Assembly (NCBI GenBank): GCA_040752415.1
Contig: JBFMGU010000019.1
Span: forward strand, 1-64,000
DNA length: 64,000 nt
Origin: Myxococcota bacterium
GTDB lineage: Bacteria > Myxococcota > JACRCW01
Reading direction: 5' to 3'
Both the position numbers and the translations under genes were made by a program. Shown here one piece after another: positions 1 to 9,773 of this stretch (position 1 is the first letter of the stretch; the number at the start of each line of letters is the position of its first letter). The notes beneath the pieces were generated by a model. It was given only the letters and a program-made list of their open reading frames with translations, was not told the DNA's origin and did no database searches.

Positions 1-307
1 GCGTCCGACGAGAACGCCCGCGAAGGCCACGCGGCCCGCGCGCGCGGAGGCCCCCGCACCCGATCCGACGACGACGGCGCCGAAGGCGGCGACCGGCTCA
101 GGAAAGCTCACGCTGCAGACGAAGCCGTGGGGGCGCATCATCCTCGACGGCGTGGATACCGGGAAGTTCACGCCGGTGGTGGAGATGCCCGTGACGGCGG
201 GGACCCGCCGCGTCGAGGTGGTGAATGACCGGCTGGGGAAGCGCGTGGAGCTCGTGGTGCGCGTGGGGGCGGGGGAGACGGTGAAGGAGTCGCGCGCGCT
301 GGAGTGA
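1..307 (+). CDS. 3' end of a PEGA-domain protein (probably a membrane Ser/Thr kinase), partial
   Basis: Frame ending at TGA 305-307 reads ...GKLTLQTKPWGRIILDGVDTGKFTPVVEMPVTAGTRRVEVVNDRLGKRVELVVRVGAGETVKESRALE*, a PEGA-like pattern after a Pro/Thr/Ala-rich linker; the start lies outside the window. Confidence 0.6.
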   Translation, partial: RPTRTPAKATRPARAEAPAPDPTTTAPKAATGSGKLTLQTKPWGRIILDGVDTGKFTPVVEMPVTAGTRRVEVVNDRLGKRVELVVRVGAGETVKESRALE

Positions 308-345
308 TGGGGTGACGTCGGGAGCGGCGTCGACCGGCGAGACGT

Positions 346-1434
346 TCAGGGCAACAGGAACGCGCCCACCGCGCTCACTCCGCCCACCGTCGTCAACACC
401 AGCGCCAGCGCCGCGGCCACCACCGTCATGCCCAGTCCCCCGACGTAGACCGCCAGCAGCGCGCGATAGGGCAGCTCCGTCTCCATGCCGGCGCGTCGTG
501 GGTACGCGAGGATTCCCTGGTAGCTCCCCGCCGACAACGCCGCGGAAGCCAGCGTGACGACGACGGCCGCCGCTCCCGCACCCGCCAACCCGCCCGCCAG
601 CGGCCAGGCCACCGCGCGCAGCGACGGACCCTTGCGCACCTCCGTCGACGACGGCGCGCCACCCTCCAGCGGCGCCGGTGCCGTGATGGGCTCTTCTCCC
701 GACGGGGGCGTGGTCGCGGGGGTGGTGGGCTGGATGGCGGCCAGCGCGGCGGCGCGCTGCTGGGCGTCGACGGTGAGACGCAGCGGTTGCCGGGCGCTGC
801 CCAGGCGCGCCAGCGGAGTTCCCCGCGCGTTGCGGGCCTCCACCACGACGTCGAGCGCGCCGCTCACCGCCGTGGCCTCCCAGAGCTCCTCGCTGTTGAT
901 GACGCCCTGCGCGGTCCCGTCCTTCACCGCGAGCGTGAACTGCTGGTACGCGGGCTGGTCCACCGCGCGCGCAAAGGCCACCACGTGCGCCACCTGCTCC
1001 ACGTGCTTGAGCACCGGCACCGTCATCGTCGCCGCCTGCACCGACGGAGGACCCAGCGCCACGCCGTGCTCCGCACGCCAACGGTTGGCCACGTCCTGGA
1101 AAACCCCCAGCAGCTCCGGGGACGCGTCGAGCTCGCTGGGCTCGTACAACGGTCGCAACGCCAAGAGCCTGTGGAAGGCGGCCTCCGCTGGCGCCTTGCG
1201 CCGCAGAGCGTGCAGGCTGGCGCCGCGAAGCCAGTGGGCCTGCACCAGGTCGTCCTCCGTCAGGGATGCGTCGGCTTCCGCCTCGTCCAGGTGGACCAAT
1301 GCCGCGGCAAACTCGCCTTCCTCGTACGCCTTCCGGGCCGCGTCCACCTTGGGATGGGCCAGCACGTCCTGCGACGCCAGGAACAACGCCAGCCCCGTCG
1401 CCAACAGCCACACCATGCGCATGCGAAAAACCAT
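346..1434 (-). CDS. Exported TPR-like helical protein with C-terminal transmembrane segments
   Basis: Signal peptide (MVWLLATGLALFLASQDVLA), a TPR-like helix pair (ARKAYEEGEFAAALVHL...AEAAFHRLLALRP), a Pro/Thr linker and C-terminal hydrophobic helices. Start chosen at the internal ATG; the ORF track extends to 1605. Confidence 0.6.
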   Translation of the reverse strand: MVFRMRMVWLLATGLALFLASQDVLAHPKVDAARKAYEEGEFAAALVHLDEAEADASLTEDDLVQAHWLRGASLHALRRKAPAEAAFHRLLALRPLYEPSELDASPELLGVFQDVANRWRAEHGVALGPPSVQAATMTVPVLKHVEQVAHVVAFARAVDQPAYQQFTLAVKDGTAQGVINSEELWEATAVSGALDVVVEARNARGTPLARLGSARQPLRLTVDAQQRAAALAAIQPTTPATTPPSGEEPITAPAPLEGGAPSSTEVRKGPSLRAVAWPLAGGLAGAGAAAVVVTLASAALSAGSYQGILAYPRRAGMETELPYRALLAVYVGGLGMTVVAAALALVLTTVGGVSAVGAFLLP

Positions 1435-1531
1435 GTCGTGAAGCAGTAGGTCTGCCCCGGGGCGGGAGCAAGCTTTGTGATGTTTGCAGCCGCGTGTGTC
1501 ATAAAGGACTCCCTGCCGGAGGCCGTAGGTG

Positions 1532-2851
1532 ATGCGCACACGTTGGGGGATTGCCTGTTTGCTGGGGCTCTGGGCGGCCTGCCTGCCCCCCGCCACACCC
1601 TGCAACTCCGACGACGATTGCGACGGGCTCCGGAACTACTGCGACCTCACCAACCCCACCGACGGCGCCGCCGGGACCTGCACGCCCCACCTGCAGCCGG
1701 AACGGGGCTCCGTCTCGTCGAGCAGCGGCACGTCCACGGGGTCCGTGATCGGCACCACCAGCTCCTCCAGCTCCACCGGCTCGGGAAGCAGCAGCAGCAC
1801 AACGAGCTCATCCAGCAGCAGCGGGAGCAGCTCCTCCGCGTCGTCGTCCAGCTCCACGTCATCATCCACGGGTGGGTTGACCTCGTCGTCGGGGACGTCG
1901 GCGAGCTCGAGCGCTGGGACTTCCGCCAGCACCGGGGGCACGTCGTCCTCCTCGGCCGTGAGCACCTCATCCACGACGGGGACGGGAACCACGGGGTCCA
2001 GCACCAGCAGCGCTACCGCGTCGAGCACGACGTCGGCGACGAGCACCGCGTCGTCCAGCAGCTCAAGTGGGGTGGTGACGAGCAGTGGGACGTCGAGCAC
2101 GAGTGGGTCGTCCACGAGCTCCTCGGGGGTGGCGAGTTCCTCGTCGTCCAGCGGCGGGCTGACGGCGTGCGCGGATGGCGTGGATAACGACGACGATGGG
2201 CTGACCGACGTCGGATCGGACCCGGGGTGCGATGACGCGTCGGACATCAGTGAGCTGGGCGCCGCCGCTTGTGACGACGGTTTCGATACCGACGGCGACG
2301 GAGAAGATGACCGGACCGATCCCGGTTGTGAGTCACCCGGGGATGCCACCGAAACGTGTCCGCCCGGCGCGGGTTGCCCGCATTGTGACGACGGGATCGA
2401 CAATGACAGCGATGGGTTCACCGACTATCGGCCGCTCTCCGACGGGGACCCGGGCTGCAGCCTGCGCGCGGACGCCAGTGAACGAGACGTCACCCGCATG
2501 TGCGACGACGGTGGGGACAATGACAACGATGGTCGCACGGATGTGAACGTGAACGCCGCCCTGAGCGACCCAGGGTGCAGCGACCCCGCGGATACGAATG
2601 AGCGCTGCCCGGTGGGTGAGTGCCCGGCGTGCGATGACGAGAGCGACAACGACGGCGACGGCACCCGCGACTACGTGACGGGCGCCACCCGGGACCCCGG
2701 TTGCTACAGCCCCGACGACAACAACGAGCGCTGCCTGGAAGGCGGCAGCTGTCCGGAGTGTGACGACGGGGTCAACAATGACCTCGATGGCGACATCGAC
2801 TTCCCCGACGACCAGCAGTGCACCGGACCCAACGACGGCGAGCTGTTGTGA
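1532..2851 (+). CDS. Lipoprotein with Ser/Thr-rich linker and Asp/Cys-rich putative Ca-binding repeats
   Basis: Lipobox-like LWAAC, ~150-aa S/T/G low-complexity tract, then six C-D-D-G-x-D-N-D-x-D-G-x-x-D...DPGC type repeats. Confidence 0.75.
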   Translation: MRTRWGIACLLGLWAACLPPATPCNSDDDCDGLRNYCDLTNPTDGAAGTCTPHLQPERGSVSSSSGTSTGSVIGTTSSSSSTGSGSSSSTTSSSSSSGSSSSASSSSSTSSSTGGLTSSSGTSASSSAGTSASTGGTSSSSAVSTSSTTGTGTTGSSTSSATASSTTSATSTASSSSSSGVVTSSGTSSTSGSSTSSSGVASSSSSSGGLTACADGVDNDDDGLTDVGSDPGCDDASDISELGAAACDDGFDTDGDGEDDRTDPGCESPGDATETCPPGAGCPHCDDGIDNDSDGFTDYRPLSDGDPGCSLRADASERDVTRMCDDGGDNDNDGRTDVNVNAALSDPGCSDPADTNERCPVGECPACDDESDNDGDGTRDYVTGATRDPGCYSPDDNNERCLEGGSCPECDDGVNNDLDGDIDFPDDQQCTGPNDGELL

Positions 2852-3090
2852 ACCACCGGAAGGACACCACCAACTCCTGGCTCACGACGGTCGAAAACAG
2901 ATACGCCCGGCGGAGCAGCGCTCAACGCCCGGCGTACCCACGGTCTACCCGCGGCAGACCGCTTCGAAGGGGACGGCCTGCCACCACAAGGCGCCCCTTC
3001 TGCTGAAGCACAGGGTGACAACTCCACCGTGTTCCCTGTCTTCACGGGCGCTGTAACCACCGATGTAGGCGCGTGCAACGAAGGGTGCGC

Positions 3091-4557
3091 TCAGCGAGGC
3101 GCGCCCGTCCCGTACTGCTCCGCCACCCGCGCGCGCGAAGCCTCAACCTCGGCCGCGTCCAACACCACGCGACGCACCGTCTGTCCCGGCTGGAACTCCA
3201 CGACGTGGAAACCGTTCCTCGGCTTGGCAAAGGCCGCGTTCACGTCGTCCAGCGTGCGCACCGGCATCCCGTTGATCTGCGTGACAATGAGGTCGCGGTA
3301 GTCCTGGTAGCCAAGGTTGGCCTGGTCCGGGAGCACGTGCGTCATCAACACCACGCGCGGATGCTCCTCCGTGGGGAAGCTCCCCTCCAGCTCCTGCGCA
3401 ATCACCAGCCGCAGCGGTCCCCGACGACGCCAGTCCCCGTGCGTCGACAGGTACGGCACCGAGAGGTCCTGGAACACCAGGCCGCCGTGGATCGCGTACT
3501 GGGGTTGCTCGTCGTAGGAGTAGCCGAAGATGCGGTCATCCTGCGGCTGCATCCGCTTGACCGTCAGCGGCACCTCCTTGCGCTGCCCCTGTCGCAGCAC
3601 CTTGGCCACCAGCTTGTCGCCGGGGCGGCGTCCGTCCGTGAACAACATGGCGAACGCCAGCTTCCCGTACTGCGCGTGCTCGAACTGCCCCGCCCCGTCG
3701 ATGCGCACGCCGCCCAGCTCCAGCAGCACGTCACCGTTCTCCAGCCCGGTGCCGGCGGTGCCGTGCGGGAGCACGCGCGTGACCAGGATGCCGCCCTCGT
3801 CGGAGCGGAGGCCCAGGGAGTCGCGCAGCGCGGGGTTCAACAGCCGCTGCCACGTCATGCCCGCCCGACCAAAACCGCGGTACGGCTTCTCCTGCGCGGC
3901 CGCGAGGAACTGTCGCAGGAACGGACTGGCCACCGCGGCCAGCTGGTCTCCCATCTTGTCCGTGGTCAGCCCCACCACCTGCCCACCCACGACGACAACC
4001 TCCGCCAACCCGCCCTGCTGGATGTTGCTGCTGACGTCCAACGAGAGCACGTCGGTGCGGGAGACGCCGTGGCTGTCGCTGCGCACCTGGCGCACGGTGC
4101 CGGTGGCCACCTCGAACTGTCCGCTGTCCAGCCAGCGCTGGATGGTGACCTCGCCTTCCTTGGGCGCCACCTCGGCAAGCGGCGCGGGAGCCAGGCCGTC
4201 CCAGAAGCTGGCGTCGTCGACCTCGAGGAGACCCAGGCCCGCCTCGTAATCCACCAGGACCACGCGCGCCTGGTAGCGCTGCTGCTCACCGAGCTTCTGC
4301 ACCTCGACGAGCGTCTGGTTCCCCACGCTGTCGGCGGCGGTGAGGATGCGTTTGCCCTGGACCACGAGGCCATTGGACGCGCGCGTCCACGGCGGGTGCT
4401 TGGTCCACGGCGTCTTCCAGTGGAAGTCCTGGCCGGTCACGCGCACGCTGACCACCGCGCGGCGCATGTTGGCCTGCGGCGGGTTGGCCACGGTGGCGGC
4501 GCTCGCGGTGAGCGCGCACAGGAGCAGGCTACAGGTTGCGATCGCGCGGAATGCCAT
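3091..4557 (-). CDS. HtrA/Deg-like PDZ protein with degenerate (probably inactive) trypsin-like domain
   Basis: Paralogous along its length to 4529-5950 (PDZ plus C-terminal 'GGLVF' domain), but the catalytic motifs are replaced: ILTAADSV instead of TNAHVV, and no GNSGG. Confidence 0.75.
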   Translation of the reverse strand: MAFRAIATCSLLLCALTASAATVANPPQANMRRAVVSVRVTGQDFHWKTPWTKHPPWTRASNGLVVQGKRILTAADSVGNQTLVEVQKLGEQQRYQARVVLVDYEAGLGLLEVDDASFWDGLAPAPLAEVAPKEGEVTIQRWLDSGQFEVATGTVRQVRSDSHGVSRTDVLSLDVSSNIQQGGLAEVVVVGGQVVGLTTDKMGDQLAAVASPFLRQFLAAAQEKPYRGFGRAGMTWQRLLNPALRDSLGLRSDEGGILVTRVLPHGTAGTGLENGDVLLELGGVRIDGAGQFEHAQYGKLAFAMLFTDGRRPGDKLVAKVLRQGQRKEVPLTVKRMQPQDDRIFGYSYDEQPQYAIHGGLVFQDLSVPYLSTHGDWRRRGPLRLVIAQELEGSFPTEEHPRVVLMTHVLPDQANLGYQDYRDLIVTQINGMPVRTLDDVNAAFAKPRNGFHVVEFQPGQTVRRVVLDAAEVEASRARVAEQYGTGAPR

Positions 4558-5950
4558 AGGTCTTCATGATGGTGGCGTGGGCCGCATCCGCCTTGGCGCG
4601 GTCCATGGCTTCCACCTGGTTTGAGGTTTCAAACTCGAAAACGTGGTGCTTGCCCTGGTTCTGCGCGAGCGCCTCCGCCAGGTCCTTCAGCGACGTGATT
4701 TCCCGCCCGTTGACGCGCCTGATCACGCCACCCACCGGCGCGCTCATCTGCGAGTTGACGGGGTGACGCAGCACGCGCGCCAGCACCACCACCTCGCGGT
4801 CCGCGGCCTCGGGCGTTTCCCATTCGCGGTAGATCTGGTGCCACAGCAGCTCACGCGGGGCGTTGGCGCGCCAGTCGCCGTAGGTCTTGAGCAGCTCCAC
4901 GTCCAGGGTCATGAACACCAGGCCGCCGTAGACGAGATAGCGCGGGGCCACGTCGAACTGGTTGCGGTGTCGCTCTCCGCGCGCCAGCCGACGGGAGACC
5001 ATGGTGACGTCCATCTCCTTGCCGTCGCGCAGGATGTGGAACCGCGCCGGTTGGCCCACCTGCTTGAGGTCCAGCGCATGACTCATGGGTACGCGCGCTT
5101 CACCCAGCGCGATGCTGCCGTCGTCGGCCACCGGCTGGCCTTCCACGGCGAGGATGACGTCGCCGCGCATCAGCACGCCGTCCGCGGAGCCACCGCGCAG
5201 CACATCATCCACGACGACACCCTGCTTGCCGGCGGGCACGCCACGCTCACGCTTGAGGGCGGGGGAGGTGAGCTCCTGGGTGCGCAGCCCGTCGTCGGGG
5301 AAGCCGTGGTAGGTGCCGTCCTTGATGTCGTCCAGGAAGTGCTGCACCACGGGCGCGGGGATGAAGAAGCCCACGTTGTCGTAGCCAGGGATGCCCTGGA
5401 ACGCGACGCCCACCACCTTCCCGTCCTGCACCACCGGCCCGCCGCTGTTGCCGGGATTGATGGCCGCGTCCGTCTGCACCACGAGATGCGCGTCCCAGCC
5501 GGTGTGCGCGTACGGCTTGAACTCCACGCGCGAGACGATGCCGCCGGTGGAGCTGACCTCCTCGCCGCCGAGGGGGAAGCCGTAGGTGGTGACCTTGCTC
5601 CGCGCCTTGGGAAGCGCGCCGAGCTTCAGAGGCTTCAGTCCCTTGTGGAACTCCGGGTCCTCGACCTTGAGCACGGCGAGGTCGCAGTCATGGCCAATGG
5701 CCTCCACCTTGGCGACGAACGGGTCGGCGAAGTGGTGGCGCTTGATGAGGATCTGGCGCGCGTCACGCACCACGTGCGCGTTGGTGACGATGAGCCCACC
5801 GTCGATGATGAAGCCGCTGCCCAGCCCGCTTTCGACGGGATGGACGCGCCAGGGAAGGGACCAGTCGGGACGTGCCCGGTAGACCTGGACACGGACCACG
5901 GCGTCCTCGGGGAGTGCCGTGGCGGCGAGGAGCAAGAGTGCGGTGATCAC
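4529..5950 (-). CDS. Trypsin-like serine protease with PDZ domains (HtrA/DegP, Deg2-like)
   Basis: GSGF, TNAHVV, DCDLAVL, AAINPGNSGGP catalytic motifs; PDZ domain; N-terminal signal peptide. Confidence 0.9.
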   Translation of the reverse strand: MITALLLLAATALPEDAVVRVQVYRARPDWSLPWRVHPVESGLGSGFIIDGGLIVTNAHVVRDARQILIKRHHFADPFVAKVEAIGHDCDLAVLKVEDPEFHKGLKPLKLGALPKARSKVTTYGFPLGGEEVSSTGGIVSRVEFKPYAHTGWDAHLVVQTDAAINPGNSGGPVVQDGKVVGVAFQGIPGYDNVGFFIPAPVVQHFLDDIKDGTYHGFPDDGLRTQELTSPALKRERGVPAGKQGVVVDDVLRGGSADGVLMRGDVILAVEGQPVADDGSIALGEARVPMSHALDLKQVGQPARFHILRDGKEMDVTMVSRRLARGERHRNQFDVAPRYLVYGGLVFMTLDVELLKTYGDWRANAPRELLWHQIYREWETPEAADREVVVLARVLRHPVNSQMSAPVGGVIRRVNGREITSLKDLAEALAQNQGKHHVFEFETSNQVEAMDRAKADAAHATIMKTYGIPRDRNL

Positions 5951-6035
5951 GAGCGGGACGATGCACCGGCGTGTGGGGGTGGGGCAACCGGATCGTCCTC
6001 GTCAAGGTGAGGGTGAAGGTCGGCGAACATCCAGG

Positions 6036-6086
6036 ACCGCCGCACTCCAGGTCGTGGCCCGCTCACGACGTCCGCAAAACCCGCTG
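6036..6086. repeat. Single arm of palindromic repeat family B
   Basis: CCGCCGCACTCCAGGTCGTGGCCCGCTCACG is shared with 29459-29489. Confidence 0.7.
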
Positions 6087-6108
6087 GGCGGCTGGGCCGT
6101 TCCGTCGT

Positions 6109-6373
6109 GGCGGGCGAACACCTAACCCCCCACGTTCATGCCGTTCTGCTCGCTCGCCCCCCTTCCCCACACCCGCTTCGCCGTCGTCAACCGTTGCGGG
6201 GAAGGGGGGCACGCACTGGGGTGGCCGAGAAGCGTTCTCTCGTCGGTAAGAGCGCGGCCGCGTTCACCGAGTGCCCCCCTTCCCCGGCTCGGTGACGACG
6301 GAAAATCGGGACTGGGGAAGGGGGGCGAGTGGACGCAGTATGACAAGCGTGGGGGGTTAGGTGTTCGCCCGCC
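6109..6373. repeat. ~265-bp nested palindromic element, family A copy 1 (MITE/REPIN-like)
   Basis: Perfect 26-bp terminal inverted repeats GGCGGGCGAACACCTAACCCCCCACG / CGTGGGGGGTTAGGTGTTCGCCCGCC with internal CCCCCCTTCCCC / GGGGAAGGGGGG pairs; second copy at 57519-57770. Confidence 0.85.
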
Positions 6374-6420
6374 CCGCCGTATGCGCCAATCCGTTGCCAC
6401 GCTGTGCGCCCCGCTCGCCG

Positions 6421-8022
6421 TCACCGCACCACCAACGACGCCAGCCTCGCCGCGTGCGGCGGTGTCACGCCGAGCAGCGCCGCCAGCGTGGGCGCTACGT
6501 GACGCATGTCCACCGGTCCCTCGGTGTACCCGCTGGGAATCCGGTAGCCGGGCGGCACCATCAGCACCAACGGAACGCGCTGGTCCGTCACCGACGTCGA
6601 CCCGTGGTCCGTCCCGGAAAGGTCGCTCTGCCCGTCGTGCCACACCCAAAGCGGGCGCACCTCGACGAGGATGTCGCCGCTGCGCTCGGGGTCGGCCACG
6701 TGATGGAACGGGAGCCACGTGGGACTCGCCATGGACGCCAGTCGACAATTCGCGACCGCACGACCCACACCCTCCACCTGCGCCGCCGCACGCGCGGCCC
6801 CCTCGAGGTGCTCGCAGCTCACCGGCTGACCAGCGGGACGCTCCAGCCACACGTGCGGCGGGCTGAAGAGCGTGACCCAGTCGCGCGGGCCTTCCGCGGT
6901 GTCCAGGTACGCATCCACCGCCTTCCCCACCGCCGCCATCTGCGCGCGTCCCGACGGAAGACGGTACTGCGCGGTGTCCTCGGGAATCGGCGTCACGCCG
7001 TGGTCGGAGGTGAGGATGATGGCCAGCTGGCCTGCCCCCACGCGCTTCTCCAGCCCGTCGACAAAAGCGCGCAGCGCGTTGTTCAGCCGCACCAGCGCAT
7101 CCACCCGCTCCGCGCTGTAGGGACCAAAGTTGTGACCAATCAGGTCAAACCCGCTCAGCATCACCCACAGCAGGTCCGGGTCCGCGCGTCGACCCAGGTC
7201 GAACTGCGCCACGGCGGCGTTGGCGAGCTCCAACGTCATCTCATCCATGCGCGGCGTGCTGCGGATGACCGTGCCCCAACTCGCCTTGGGAATGCGCGGC
7301 TCCTGGATGACCTTCGGGAAGCCGGTGCCCAGGCCCAGCCAGTCCTGCTCGCCGCGTGCGGGCTCCGGTCGCGCGTGGCGCGCCAGGATCTCCGACGACA
7401 CCAGCGGCTCCCAGCGGTACCCCCCAAGCGACGCCAGGCCATGGCTCGCGTTGAACCTGTCCACCCACGCCGGCGGCTTCTCCGCGTAGAATGACGACGA
7501 CACGTAACGCGCCTGGTCCGGGTCCCACCACAACGCGGCGTCGGCGGCGAAACCAGCGGTCAACACCGCGCTACGGTCCTTCCCACTCACCGCCACCACG
7601 CGCGCCCGCCCCGACGTGGCCACCTTCAGCTGGTCTCCCACCGTCGGAACGCGCAGCGGACGCGGGGAACGGCCGCGCCTGGGCTCCGGGGTGCCCCACG
7701 TCAGCGACTGCTGATCCTCGACGACGTACGAACGCCCCTTCGGCGTCCACACGTGGTTGGCCACGATGCCGTGCTCATTGGCATACGCGCCGGTGGAGAG
7801 CGTGGCGTGTCCCGGTCCCGTCTCCGTGTTGACGGTGTTGTAGCGCCCGTCGAGCAGCGTGCCGCGCGCCTGGATTCCCGCGACGCCACCCGGACCCAGC
7901 AGCTCCTGCATGCGCTGCAGATCCTCGTACCGGAGCTGGTCCACCACCAGCACCACCACGAGCGAGGGTTGCGGAGCCGCGGACGGCGCGACGAGCAGGG
8001 AGAGCGCGAGGAGGGCGTGCAT
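6421..8022 (-). CDS. Alkaline phosphatase family protein (PafA-like / nucleotide pyrophosphatase-phosphodiesterase)
   Basis: VVDQLR, TETGPGHATLSTG (Thr nucleophile), GKDRSA, DLIGHNFGP, TSDHG, DHGS metal-ligand motifs; signal peptide. Confidence 0.88.
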   Translation of the reverse strand: MHALLALSLLVAPSAAPQPSLVVVLVVDQLRYEDLQRMQELLGPGGVAGIQARGTLLDGRYNTVNTETGPGHATLSTGAYANEHGIVANHVWTPKGRSYVVEDQQSLTWGTPEPRRGRSPRPLRVPTVGDQLKVATSGRARVVAVSGKDRSAVLTAGFAADAALWWDPDQARYVSSSFYAEKPPAWVDRFNASHGLASLGGYRWEPLVSSEILARHARPEPARGEQDWLGLGTGFPKVIQEPRIPKASWGTVIRSTPRMDEMTLELANAAVAQFDLGRRADPDLLWVMLSGFDLIGHNFGPYSAERVDALVRLNNALRAFVDGLEKRVGAGQLAIILTSDHGVTPIPEDTAQYRLPSGRAQMAAVGKAVDAYLDTAEGPRDWVTLFSPPHVWLERPAGQPVSCEHLEGAARAAAQVEGVGRAVANCRLASMASPTWLPFHHVADPERSGDILVEVRPLWVWHDGQSDLSGTDHGSTSVTDQRVPLVLMVPPGYRIPSGYTEGPVDMRHVAPTLAALLGVTPPHAARLASLVVR

Positions 8023-8040
8023 GGCGCCCCGGGTTATGGA

Positions 8041-8511
8041 TCAGCGTGCCGGCGCTTGGGAACGCCCGCCCACCGTGAGGTACGGCCGCAGCTTCTCCAC
8101 CGTCTTGGGACCTATGCCCTTGACGCGGTCCAGCTCGTCGACCGTGGCGAATGCGCCCCGTGCCTCCCGGTCCGCCAGGATGCGCTGCGCGGTGCGCTCG
8201 CCAATGCCGGGAAGCGCCACGAAGTCCTCCTGCGTGGCCGTGTTGACGTCGAGCTTGATGCCCAGCAGCAACTGCAGCCGCCCGCCCGGAGGAACACCCG
8301 CGCCGTCGCAGGTCAACGTGCGGGGCGCGCCAAACTGGAAGGGCGACGCGGCCGGGTGCTCACACGCGGGAACCGGTTGCGGCGGACCCAGGCTGTGGGG
8401 AAGCGCGCGCAGCGTGGCCGTGCCGCCCAGGGTGAGCAGCAGCGCCATCAGCGCCTTCCGACGACGCTCCCGCGCCTCAGTGCGTCGGCTTGTCCAGGCC
8501 GAATCCGTCAT
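8041..8511 (-). CDS. comEA: ComEA-family helix-hairpin-helix DNA-binding protein
   Basis: N-terminal TM segment, then DVNTAT...[12 protein letters not shown]...VKGIGPKT tandem HhH motifs. Confidence 0.8.
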   Translation of the reverse strand: MTDSAWTSRRTEARERRRKALMALLLTLGGTATLRALPHSLGPPQPVPACEHPAASPFQFGAPRTLTCDGAGVPPGGRLQLLLGIKLDVNTATQEDFVALPGIGERTAQRILADREARGAFATVDELDRVKGIGPKTVEKLRPYLTVGGRSQAPAR

Positions 8512-9715
8512 GCAGCGTCCGCACCGCCAGCTCGCAGTACTTCTCGTCGACGACGCAGCTCACCTTGATCTCCGAGGTGCTGATCATCTGGATGTTGATG
8601 CCTTCCTTGGCCAGCAGCCGGAACATCTGCGCCGCCACACCCGCGTGGCTCCGCATGCCCGCGCCCACAATGGAGATCTTGGCCACCTTCTCGTCGCCCT
8701 CCACCGCCCGGGCGCCGATCTGCTTCGCCACCTCCTCGGTGATGCGCATGGCCTTCTTGTGATCCGTGCGCCCCACCGTGAAGGTCAGGTCGGTGTGCCC
8801 CGCCGCCGAAGCGTTCTGCACAATCACGTCGACGCTGATGTTCGCGTCGGCCAGCGCGGTGAAGATCTGCGCCGCCACGCCGGGCGCGTCGGGCACACTG
8901 CGAACCGCGATCTTGGCGTCGCCCTTGGAGTGGCTCACGCCCGTCACCAGCACCTTCTCCAGCATCTCTGCATCCTCCTGGCACACCAGGGTTCCATGGG
9001 GGTCGATTCCCGGACCGCTGAAGCTGCTCACCACGCGCAGCGGCACTTTGTATTGCAGCGCCAGCTCCACGCTCCGCAGCTGCAACACCTTGGCGCCCAG
9101 CGACGCCAGCTCCAGCATCTCCTCGTACGAAATGCGGTCGATCTTGCGCGCGGTGGAGCACACGTTGGGGTCCGCCGTGTAGACGCCGTCGACGTCGGTG
9201 TAGATGTCGCAGCGGTCCGCCTTCAGCGCCGCCGCCACCGCCACCGCCGAGGTGTCCGAGCCGCCCCGGCCCAGCGTGGTGATGTTGCCGTTCTCGTCGA
9301 CACCCTGGAACCCGGCCACCACCATGATCTCCCCGTCCTTGAGCCGACGACGGACCATCTCCTCGTCGATGCTCTTGATGCGGGCCTTGGTGAAGGCGGA
9401 GTCGGTGACCAGGCGGATCTGGCTGCCGGTGTAGCTGCTGGCGGGCACGCCCAGGTCGCGGATGGCCATGGCCACCAGCGCCGTGGAGACCTGCTCCCCC
9501 GTCGCCACCAGCGCGTCCAGCTCGCGCTCGTTGGGCTCCGGGCTCACCTCCTTGGCCAGCGCCAGCAGGCGGTTGGTCTCGCCACTCATGGCGCTCACCA
9601 CCACCACCACGTCGTTCCCGGCGCGACGCGTCTCCACGCACCGACGGGCCACGTTGCGGATGCGCTCCACGTTGCCCACGCTGGTGCCGCCGTATTTCTC
9701 CACTATCAAAGCCAT
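8477..9715 (-). CDS. lysC: Aspartate kinase
   Basis: [39 protein letters not shown], two ACT domains ending ISTSEIKVS. Confidence 0.96.
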   Translation of the reverse strand: MALIVEKYGGTSVGNVERIRNVARRCVETRRAGNDVVVVVSAMSGETNRLLALAKEVSPEPNERELDALVATGEQVSTALVAMAIRDLGVPASSYTGSQIRLVTDSAFTKARIKSIDEEMVRRRLKDGEIMVVAGFQGVDENGNITTLGRGGSDTSAVAVAAALKADRCDIYTDVDGVYTADPNVCSTARKIDRISYEEMLELASLGAKVLQLRSVELALQYKVPLRVVSSFSGPGIDPHGTLVCQEDAEMLEKVLVTGVSHSKGDAKIAVRSVPDAPGVAAQIFTALADANISVDVIVQNASAAGHTDLTFTVGRTDHKKAMRITEEVAKQIGARAVEGDEKVAKISIVGAGMRSHAGVAAQMFRLLAKEGINIQMISTSEIKVSCVVDEKYCELAVRTLHDGFGLDKPTH

Positions 9716-9773
9716 GGGGTGCCTCTTGCCTCCATTGTCATGACGTCATGGGACGCGGTGCGCCACGCGGTGT

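Noticed and set aside
2852..3090. Imperfect hairpins between convergent genes as a possible ncRNA
   Set aside because: Stems are short and imperfect, as expected by chance at this GC; no second copy or known motif recognised.
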